From NCBI RefSeq assembly GCF_001750285.1, contig NZ_MAMP01000012.1, forward strand, positions 353,751-393,750: a stretch of 40,000 nt of DNA, in the 5' to 3' direction. The translations under genes were made by a program, and so were the position numbers. Below the pieces are notes generated by a model. It worked only from the letters and a program-made list of their open reading frames with translations. It was not told the DNA's origin and ran no database searches. Positions 34,246 to 40,000 of the stretch are shown one piece after another. The DNA comes from Domibacillus iocasae (GTDB lineage: Bacteria > Bacillota > Bacilli > Bacillales > Domibacillaceae). Numbering within the stretch: the first letter of the stretch is position 1; each line of letters starts with the position of its first letter.

Positions 34246-34285
34246 CACGAGTGAAGAGTTGTCTTTCACTCGTGTTTTTGCTTTT
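34246..34285 (+). terminator. Strong intrinsic terminator after the RsbR-like gene
   Basis: CACGAGTGAA..TTCACTCGTG stem (10+ bp), followed by TTTTTGCTTTT. Confidence 0.75.
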
Positions 34286-34378
34286 AGACGAACTGTTGAG
34301 TAACTAGCTACTGTCGTACTCAAGACTGTACCAGTTTTTTTATAGTGAGTTTTCAACACTTCAAAACTTCTGAACGGT

Positions 34379-34591
34379 TCATGCCGCATCACCGCCTGTT
34401 TTTTCTTCCGCTTCAAGCCGAGCCTCTGCTTCTTCCAAGTGCTTTTTAAAAGCCGCGTCTTTTGCCTGCTGCTCTATTTCGCTTAATGGCTTATGCCCTG
34501 GCTTCGGCTGAAACATGTACATGCCTGATCCCTGATATGTTACTTGGCGTACACTGCTGCTTTGTAAAATGATTGCATCTTGATTAGCCAT
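34379..34591 (-). CDS. Hypothetical phage protein (70 aa)
   Basis: Track ORF. It overlaps the stop of the loader gene by 8 nt and is the last gene of the early operon. Confidence 0.55.
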   Translation of the reverse strand: MANQDAIILQSSSVRQVTYQGSGMYMFQPKPGHKPLSEIEQQAKDAAFKKHLEEAEARLEAEEKTGGDAA

Positions 34592-35537
34592 GCTTTCTCA
34601 GCCTCCAGTCCTGACCTTCTGCATCCATCAGGAATTTATATTTTTCATCACTGCACTGCCCGATTAGCCGGCTGGCGGCTGCATACCCGATCTTGTCTGC
34701 CAATGTGCCTCGGTCTTCGTTGCTGTTAAAAATAATCGGCATCTGCTTGCGGTACCGTTCATTAATGATTTGGTAATACATCGTTTCCCGCGCTTCCGTC
34801 CAGCTTGATTTACCGATGTCATCCCAGATCAGCACATCTGCATCGAGTGCCGGCCCGAGAACCCGGTTCAGCTGTTCACCCTCGTCGCCTGCCCGTTTTG
34901 CCTGCATCAGCTCGTTAATGAAAACTGCATCTGAGACAACCAGCACCCGGAAGCCTTCTTTCAGTAACAGCTTTGAAATCGCAATTTGCAGGTGTGTTTT
35001 GCCAATACCAAAATTGTTATGTTGGTTCTTGATTCCAGCCCGATCAGCAGCCGGTAATTCTTTTAACCGCTGTTCACCCACTGAAGCAATAAGACCGAAA
35101 TTATACGATGGAATGATCTTTTTCTTACGGCCTTCATTGTCGGTACCGATACGGAATAAATTCACATAATCAAGCGCCATCTTTTTCATGTCCAGCTGAT
35201 ATCTCGCGTTTGTGGCATAGTTTTCAAAATTCGCTTTCTGGAACTCGTCTGGGATCATCGACTGCTTAAAGCGGCGCTTCCATGCCTTCTGATCCTTGCA
35301 TTCGCAAAAAGTGGCGAAATCCTGCAGAACCTCTTTTCCATTTTGCATCACCGGTCTTTTACGAAAAATCAATTCTGTGTCTTTACAGATCGGGCATTCA
35401 TATTGCGCATCATCCGCCCCAGGCATTTCGAGCGGCTTCGATGTCTCGGAAGAGCTGCTCTTTTGATTTGCCTTTGCTTGCAGATCCGCCATTACGTCCG
35501 CGATACTGGTGAATCGGGGTTGTTCCGGTTTCGCCAT
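34584..35537 (-). CDS. DnaC/IstB-like helicase loader ATPase (YqaM-like) with an N-terminal Cys-rich (zinc-binding-like) region
   Basis: YECPICKD...FCECKD is the Cys cluster. NFGIGKTHLQIAI is a degenerate Walker A, and DVLIWDDIG is Walker B. ATG 35537 is taken as the start (AAAGGAG 10 nt upstream). Later starts at 35492 or 35426 are possible. Confidence 0.7.
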   Translation of the reverse strand: MAKPEQPRFTSIADVMADLQAKANQKSSSSETSKPLEMPGADDAQYECPICKDTELIFRKRPVMQNGKEVLQDFATFCECKDQKAWKRRFKQSMIPDEFQKANFENYATNARYQLDMKKMALDYVNLFRIGTDNEGRKKKIIPSYNFGLIASVGEQRLKELPAADRAGIKNQHNNFGIGKTHLQIAISKLLLKEGFRVLVVSDAVFINELMQAKRAGDEGEQLNRVLGPALDADVLIWDDIGKSSWTEARETMYYQIINERYRKQMPIIFNSNEDRGTLADKIGYAAASRLIGQCSDEKYKFLMDAEGQDWRLRKHG

Positions 35538-36417
35538 GTGGGTTCCGCTCCTTTTCTTGATTTTCAATGTGCCGGTCTAATAAAATCGGCAGGCAGTAAC
35601 CAAAGCTATTAATCTTGTCCCTAGAATGTTTAGGGTGATATTCCGCGAATATTTGTTCAAGCCATTCAAGCGTTTTGTTAACATCAATATCATGAGCAAT
35701 TAGCTCCAAAATGTAATTCCGATCTTTCGTGTTAACATCAAATCCACCTATGTTGGCCAGAGTCATATATCGATCACGTATCTGCATATAAGCGTTTGAA
35801 GAGTTGCCTGGTATTTGCCCCACACTTCCAGTGGACAGCTGAGCATTTTCGGTTGTAGGCACCCCGCCAGTTGGTTCTTCGTGCGCGTTATTAGCAGCAG
35901 TATTGTATTTAATATTGTTTTTAATCTTTCTTTTATGGGTGGCGGATTGCCCACTAGCACTAGGGGGTATTTCGCCACTACTACTAGGGGGCATTTCGCC
36001 ACTACTACTAGGGGGCATTTCGCCACTACTACTAGGGGGCATTTCGCCACTAGTGTCATCTTGACCACTAGTAGGCAAAACGCCACTACCTTTATAATTT
36101 TTGACGGTCCACTCTTCATAGTTTTTATTAAAAGAAACAATTTTTGTTTTTGTAGTAGACCCTGGATTCATCTCCAGAATCACTTTATTCTGAATAAGTG
36201 TTTTTAACGCTTCACTTACTCGTTTACGCTCCAGATGTGTGACAGACTCGATGTACGAAAGAGAAAACTCGCATTCTTTTCGGTTCCATCCGTATGTGTT
36301 CCGCCACAAGGCCATCAGCAGCTTATATTGATTTTGCGTAAATTGAAAATGCTGAATCACATCCAGAATCTCGTTGGCAATCTTGGTGTATCCGTGCTCC
36401 AGCTGGACATCCGCCAC
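35410..36417 (-). CDS. Replisome organiser (phage replication protein O-like N-terminal wHTH plus DnaD-like C-terminal domain; YqaL-like)
   Basis: The start is GTG after GAGGAGG. The N-terminal sequence GYTKIANEILDVIQHFQFTQNQYKLLMALWRNTYGWNRKECEFSLSYI is the Phage_rep_org_N pattern. The repeat-encoded linker is (SGEMPPSS)x3-4. The C-terminal domain is helical. Confidence 0.75.
   Translation of the reverse strand: MADVQLEHGYTKIANEILDVIQHFQFTQNQYKLLMALWRNTYGWNRKECEFSLSYIESVTHLERKRVSEALKTLIQNKVILEMNPGSTTKTKIVSFNKNYEEWTVKNYKGSGVLPTSGQDDTSGEMPPSSSGEMPPSSSGEMPPSSSGEIPPSASGQSATHKRKIKNNIKYNTAANNAHEEPTGGVPTTENAQLSTGSVGQIPGNSSNAYMQIRDRYMTLANIGGFDVNTKDRNYILELIAHDIDVNKTLEWLEQIFAEYHPKHSRDKINSFGYCLPILLDRHIENQEKERNPHGETGTTPIHQYRGRNGGSASKGKSKEQLFRDIEAARNAWGG
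35960..36055. repeat. Four tandem 24-bp direct repeats (candidate origin iterons) inside the replisome organiser gene
   Basis: CTAGGGGG(T/C)ATTTCGCCACTACTA occurs at 35960, 35984, 36008 and 36032, with the last copy diverging at its 3' end. A nearly pure A/T stretch at 35901-35936 lies adjacent. Confidence 0.6.
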
Positions 36418-36421
36418 CTGC

Positions 36422-36589
36422 TCACCCCTCCTCTCGTTCTCTCTTTTTCATTACAGCTTTCTTCTTTATTTTTACGAGCTCCAGATGTGGGTGAGAGCTT
36501 TTAAAGTAGCTCCTCACCCATCTGATGTACTCATCGTTGCTTTTGGACATTTGCCGGATAAATGACGGGATATCCATTTCGAATTCCAT
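36422..36589 (-). CDS. Small basic protein (55 aa), translationally coupled to recT
   Basis: MEFEMDIPSFIRQMSKSNDEYIRWVRSYFKSSHPHLELVKIKKKAVMKKREREEG. Its ATG overlaps the recT stop (TAATG). Its stop lies 4 nt before the GTG of the organiser gene. Confidence 0.4.
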   Translation of the reverse strand: MEFEMDIPSFIRQMSKSNDEYIRWVRSYFKSSHPHLELVKIKKKAVMKKREREEG

Positions 36590-37491
36590 TACTGCTTGCC
36601 GAATGGAAGATCATCTTCAGCAATATCAATCGTTTCAAAATCAATATCTTTAGCCGATGGCTTTTTCGTTTCTTTCTTTGGTTCCGGTTCTGCTGGCGGC
36701 GTTTTCTCCGGCAGATCAATTAATTCATGCTGCACATCAATTACTTCACTCATATCTGATGCAATTTCTTTCTTGATTGTTGAATCAGCTTCAACGGTCT
36801 TCTGAAACTCAATCGATTTTGGAGCGTATTTTAAAACTTCCTTCAATACTGTTTTCTTGGCCATCGCGTCATAATTCGTTTTCCAAGGGCTTGTCCAGCC
36901 TTTTTGCACCGCCTGGCTGAATTTATTGGCATGCTGATCGATGCGTTCCCGGGTCCAGTAGACGAAATCAAAGCCGCCATTCTGCAAGTGATAAACCGCA
37001 TAGTAGCCAATGGGTTCACCTTCTGGAATACTGGCTGGTACATGTTTTAAATCCTTGTACAGACCGTATTCAAATGTTAATTCGTCATTTCCATAAACTT
37101 CGTGGGCGTAAATTGCCTTGTATTGTCCGCTTCGTACGGCTAAATCGATTAAGCCTTTATAAGAAAGCTGGAACTGTACCTGCTTGCCATAGGGAATTAA
37201 GTACGCCTGACCAAGTCCTGTATTTGGCTCAACACCCAGCTGAGCGGACTGCATGATCGCCGCAAGAAAGGACATTTGATCGCATTCCAGAAGCTTTGGC
37301 GTGGTCCGTACAGCCGTTAAAGCAATGCGTGCCATACGGTCGGCATCCATGTGTTTCGGAAGAGCCCGTTGAATCTCGGGCCCCATTCGTTTTAATAAGC
37401 CGTTCAATGACTGTTCTGGTGAGACCTGTTTCGCTGGCGCGTTCTGCTGTTTCTTTGCCAGCTCGTTTTTGATCGTGTTATTTGTTGCCAC
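36589..37491 (-). CDS. recT: RecT-family single-strand annealing recombinase
   Basis: 300 aa. The motifs TAVRTTPKLLECDQMSFLAAIMQSAQLGVEPNTGLGQAYLIPYGKQVQFQLSYKGLIDLA are classic RecT. Confidence 0.9.
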   Translation of the reverse strand: MATNNTIKNELAKKQQNAPAKQVSPEQSLNGLLKRMGPEIQRALPKHMDADRMARIALTAVRTTPKLLECDQMSFLAAIMQSAQLGVEPNTGLGQAYLIPYGKQVQFQLSYKGLIDLAVRSGQYKAIYAHEVYGNDELTFEYGLYKDLKHVPASIPEGEPIGYYAVYHLQNGGFDFVYWTRERIDQHANKFSQAVQKGWTSPWKTNYDAMAKKTVLKEVLKYAPKSIEFQKTVEADSTIKKEIASDMSEVIDVQHELIDLPEKTPPAEPEPKKETKKPSAKDIDFETIDIAEDDLPFGKQ

Positions 37492-37505
37492 GGTAAAACC
37501 CCCAG

Positions 37506-38486
37506 TTATTTAATTTTGAAAGGACGGGATGTGCTTTGCTTGACGTACGCTTCGTAAATGTCCGGCTGCTCTTTTTTGAGCCGTGTTGAATCAATTCGGT
37601 TCGCTACCTGCGCTTTCCACGTGATCTTTTGTTCACCGAGAAAGGCTGTTTCGTTTTCCTGCATGGCCCCTTTGAGGACGTTCTGGCATTCGGTCATTTT
37701 CAGCTCGAGTTCTTTCTTTTCCGCTTCCAGCGCTTTATAGGAATCGATGTACACCTGCAGGTCGGACGTTAATTCAATCGTGCTGTCCGGCGCATGCTGC
37801 GGGTACATGGCTTTTAATAAGTCACTGGATGCAACGGATCCATCGAACGGCGGTGGATTATTCGCTAAGACGTGATTTTCCCAAAACTCTTTTTCGATGT
37901 TAATGAGATAGTCGATCAGCTCTTCATCACGCTCGATTCGCTTATGGATGAACTTGTTTCCGCCAACCAGTACTGCAATCCACCACGCTTCATATCCGGT
38001 CACAGCCATATAATGCTGGCATTGGAGTAAGTAAGACGCTGGGATCTCATCGCCTTCCCACTCACCTTTCAGAAATTCGGATGCTGTTTTGCATTCAAGC
38101 CCTTCTTTTTTACCGGCAATCAGCCGGTCCACATTTGCATAAATGAAGTCGTATTCTGGATGCTTTAAGATCGCGTTCCGACGCCGCACCTTCAAGCCTG
38201 TACGACGGGCAAACTCCTGGGCGACCAGATCCTCATTCAGTGCGCCGAAGTACGCTGCTTCACTTCCTTCCTCAAATCCGCCTTGTTCATTCACAGTAAA
38301 GATTTCTTCTGATTCAATTTGATTCGTTTTTTCCAGATATACTTTCATCGGTGAGCTATACTTGTTAACGCCGGCAATGGCCGCACAATCACTGCCTCCA
38401 ATACCGTTACGTCTCTCCATAAGCCAGTCGTGCTGTGATAAATCAGTCGTTGAAATGGCGTTCATGTTCTTTGCCAAATTCTTCAC
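37506..38486 (-). CDS. YqaJ-type viral recombinase exonuclease (lambda Exo-like)
   Basis: 326 aa. WLMERRNGIGGSDCAAIAGVNKYSSP is the YqaJ N-terminal motif, and LECKT carries the catalytic Lys. The gene is paired with recT. Confidence 0.85.
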   Translation of the reverse strand: MKNLAKNMNAISTTDLSQHDWLMERRNGIGGSDCAAIAGVNKYSSPMKVYLEKTNQIESEEIFTVNEQGGFEEGSEAAYFGALNEDLVAQEFARRTGLKVRRRNAILKHPEYDFIYANVDRLIAGKKEGLECKTASEFLKGEWEGDEIPASYLLQCQHYMAVTGYEAWWIAVLVGGNKFIHKRIERDEELIDYLINIEKEFWENHVLANNPPPFDGSVASSDLLKAMYPQHAPDSTIELTSDLQVYIDSYKALEAEKKELELKMTECQNVLKGAMQENETAFLGEQKITWKAQVANRIDSTRLKKEQPDIYEAYVKQSTSRPFKIK

Positions 38487-38548
38487 TCCCTTGATTCAGT
38501 TTTGATTGTGCAGTACACTATTCATAAGAAATATTTTTTAAAACAGTC

Positions 38549-38571
38549 GACTCCTACTCGCGATAGGAGTC
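38549..38571 (-). terminator. Hairpin (attenuator/terminator-like) between the YqaI-like gene and the exonuclease gene
   Basis: An 8-bp stem GACTCCTA-N7-TAGGAGTC starts 5 nt after the stop. The minus-strand T-run is weak (TGTTTT), while the plus side has TTTTT. Confidence 0.4.
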
Positions 38572-38575
38572 TTTT

Positions 38576-38794
38576 TCATGCTTCAGCCTGCTTTTCTAAT
38601 GCGTCCAGGTGCTGAACCGCATATTCAGCAAGATTTTGTTCCAATACAACTGAGCCATCTTTCATAATGAAATAGATGTCGTTGCTCATAATCTCGTCTC
38701 CGAAAATGTCTTCCACCGGATAGTCAGATTCACGCTCTTGAAAATGCTCTGGAAAGCCCGTCCGTTCAATTTTCTGGATAAGTGGATGATCCAT
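38576..38794 (-). CDS. YqaI-like small protein
   Basis: 72 aa. EDIFGDEIMSNDIYFIMKDGSVVLEQNLAEYAVQHL resembles YqaI of the skin element. It is the first gene after the regulatory intergenic region. Confidence 0.5.
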   Translation of the reverse strand: MDHPLIQKIERTGFPEHFQERESDYPVEDIFGDEIMSNDIYFIMKDGSVVLEQNLAEYAVQHLDALEKQAEA

Positions 38795-38834
38795 TTTTTT
38801 ACCTTCTTTCTGATAGTTAATGTTCTCCTATAGG

Positions 38835-38991
38835 CATCGAAATGAGATTAGAAGAAAATTTTTCGACATATATCGACAAATACTTAGTGCATATCGATTA
38901 ACAACGTGATATGATGTATCCATACATAAGTAACGTTCGCTCCGATATTTTTATCAGCGGGCGTTATTTTTTTGGTCTTTTTTATATCGAT
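38835..38991. promoter_or_regulatory. Cluster of ATATCGA-core repeats (candidate operator array / early promoter region)
   Basis: The copies are: CATCGA at 38835; TCGACATATATCGACA at 38863-38878 (two TCGACA copies 10 bp apart); ATATCGAT at 38891-38898; CCGATAT (inverted) at 38942-38948; and ATATCGAT at 38984-38991. Confidence 0.35.
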
Positions 38992-39085
38992 CCCACACAG
39001 GCCGTGTCACCCAGGCCATTGACCAAATACTGATTCCCATGATTGTTAACAGAATTGTTTGTGCTGCATCAAACACCCAGTACAT
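38954..39085 (-). CDS. Possible small TM peptide (43 aa), speculative
   Basis: MYWVFDAAQTILLTIMGISIWSMAWVTRPVWDRYKKDQKNNAR. No clear RBS. Confidence 0.2.
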   Translation of the reverse strand: MYWVFDAAQTILLTIMGISIWSMAWVTRPVWDRYKKDQKNNAR

Positions 39086-39188
39086 GACGCTTCTTCACCA
39101 CTTTCGCTTTTATTCCTTGCTGGTTAAGTTGCTTTACTATCACTTGGTATGGCTTGCGTCGCTTCCTTGGCTTGTCCTTTTTCTTCAT
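39072..39188 (-). CDS. Possible highly basic peptide (38 aa), speculative
   Basis: MKKKDKPRKRRKPYQVIVKQLNQQGIKAKVVKKRHVLGV. Its ATG overlaps the TGA of the upstream HTH gene (ATGA). Confidence 0.2.
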
Positions 39189-39742
39189 GCTTGCCCTTCA
39201 ATGATCTGTTCCTGGTTCACATAGCCCCGTGCTATCAGCTTGTTGTAATGCTTTTGCCAAATACCGAGATAGCTGATTTCTGCCTCTTCACAAACCACTG
39301 CTAGAAAATGTTCAATTCCTGTTATGACATCAACCAGCTGTACAAGTGTCTCTTCTAAATCCTGCCGGTCAAAGGATGGGATAAAAGATAAATGATTGGA
39401 CATACAGCATTTTTCTAAAAAGCTTTTTGCTTCCTCCAATTCTTCAAGCAGCTTCTCTTTTGTGCTGGACCTGTGCAGATCCACTTTCTTTCCTTCTAGC
39501 CGTACAGGTCCTGTTCGCGTATATTCGTGACGGACAGCCATTGCGAGCCAAGGATCATCTTTCTTTCCAACGATGCTCCTTGATATGTCGGGCGGCAGTT
39601 TTGCCCTGCCGTTTTCGTAAGCAGAGATCGTTTCCCTTGAAACATTTTCTTCGATTGATAGCTGCAACTGTGTCTGTGTGCCACGCGCTTCTTTTAGTGC
39701 GCGGCCAATATTACCTTTTACCACTGACTTTTCCCCCTTCAT
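39185..39742 (-). CDS. XRE-family HTH regulator with a C-terminal helical domain
   Basis: GNIGRALKEARGTQTQLQLSIEENVSRETISAYENGRAKLP is an HTH_3 motif. The gene is on the same strand as the lytic genes, so it is Cro/early-regulator-like rather than a divergent repressor. Confidence 0.7.
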   Translation of the reverse strand: MKGEKSVVKGNIGRALKEARGTQTQLQLSIEENVSRETISAYENGRAKLPPDISRSIVGKKDDPWLAMAVRHEYTRTGPVRLEGKKVDLHRSSTKEKLLEELEEAKSFLEKCCMSNHLSFIPSFDRQDLEETLVQLVDVITGIEHFLAVVCEEAEISYLGIWQKHYNKLIARGYVNQEQIIEGQA

Positions 39743-39778
39743 TTACCAATCTTTTGTATGAGGCATGGTAAAATATAG

Positions 39779-39973
39779 TTACATAGCATCTTTGAAAAAC
39801 TTACTATTTTCTTTGACCCAGCGAGTATTGTTGTCTATCCACTCAAACAGCTGGTGAGTCGGGATAAGTATTCCTGCTTCCCGAAAAACCGGAAAATCTG
39901 CTCGGTGCATTAATTCAGTTGCTTTGGTTTCACCGATCTGCAGCACTTCTCTTAGCTGTTTTTTTGTTAGCAT
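39779..39973 (-). CDS. Small HTH protein (excisionase/MerR-like HTH_17 type)
   Basis: MLTKKQLREVLQIGETKATELMHRADFPVFREAGILIPTHQLFEWI. No SD is visible, and the frame stays open upstream to the window end, so the true start could lie outside the window. Confidence 0.55.
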   Translation of the reverse strand: MLTKKQLREVLQIGETKATELMHRADFPVFREAGILIPTHQLFEWIDNNTRWVKENSKFFKDAM

Positions 39974-40000
39974 TGGAGGCAGCTGGCCTCGGCTATCCAG

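Larger units (their letters stand above)
1..40000 (-). mobile_element. PBSX/skin-like myovirus-type prophage segment (early/replication through lysis); both ends outside the window
   Basis: Colinear minus-strand gene order: recombination, replication, sigma-like late regulator, terminase, portal, capsid, sheath, tube, tape measure, baseplate, fibre, holin, amidase. Many products resemble B. subtilis Xkd/Yqa/Yqb families by motif. Confidence 0.9.

Noticed and set aside
33800-34416. Minus-strand ORFs 33800-34150 (116 aa) and 34144-34416 (90 aa).
   Set aside because: The first is antisense to the strongly supported RsbR-like gene. The second spans that gene's terminator hairpin and has no RBS.
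35960-36055. Considered whether the 24-bp tandem repeats are a CRISPR array.
   Set aside because: The repeats are contiguous with no spacers, there are only four copies, and they lie in-frame within a coding sequence. The ORFs at 35763-36140 and 35815-36207 are alternative-frame artefacts of the same repeats.
1-40000. Searched by eye for tRNA/rRNA genes, integrase/recombinase genes, att-like boundary repeats and toxin-antitoxin pairs.
   Set aside because: None was recognisable. The prophage ends, and therefore the integrase and att sites, appear to lie outside the window.

Overview
The window is almost entirely one PBSX/skin-element-like contractile-tailed prophage of a Bacillus-type Firmicute. 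It is transcribed right to left on the minus strand, and both ends run off the window.

Gene order, from high to low coordinates:
- HTH regulators (39.97-39.19 kb)
- An operator-like repeat region (about 38.8-39.0 kb)
- YqaI-like protein, YqaJ-type exonuclease and RecT
- A replisome organiser with four in-gene 24-bp iterons, then a DnaC-like loader (38.8-34.4 kb)
- Late-regulation genes: IDEAL-domain protein, XtrA-like protein and an Xpf-like sigma factor (31.8-29.1 kb)
- Terminase small and large subunits, portal, SPP1-gp7-like minor head protein, XkdF-like scaffold/protease and major capsid
- Connector set, sheath, tube, and a tail chaperone with a canonical A_AAA_AAC -1 frameshift site
- A 1261-aa tape measure protein carrying an SLT domain
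- A LysM tail protein, an XkdQ-NlpC/P60 fusion, baseplate, tail fibre and holin
- An amidase endolysin cut by the window start

I saw no integrase, att site, tRNA, rRNA or CRISPR array.

The notable part is the cargo. At least six visibly AT-richer units interrupt the conserved backbone, and several have their own promoter-like sequence and intrinsic terminator. Three of them are host signalling parts:
- A dCache-GGDEF sensor diguanylate cyclase inside the head module
- An RsbR-type stressosome sensor (STAS) paralog
- A Spo0E-family phosphatase

The other cargo units are:
- A dienelactone-hydrolase-like esterase between the tube and chaperone genes, flanked by 11-bp inverted repeats
- A methyltransferase-fold gene between the tail-fibre and lysis genes
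- Two blocks of membrane-protein genes

My best candidate for something undescribed is a prophage that plugs into three host decision circuits at once: c-di-GMP, SigB stress and the Spo0A phosphorelay.

All family assignments come from reading motifs by eye, with no searches run. Hand-derived coordinates of small ORFs, hairpins and repeats may be off by 1-2 nt.
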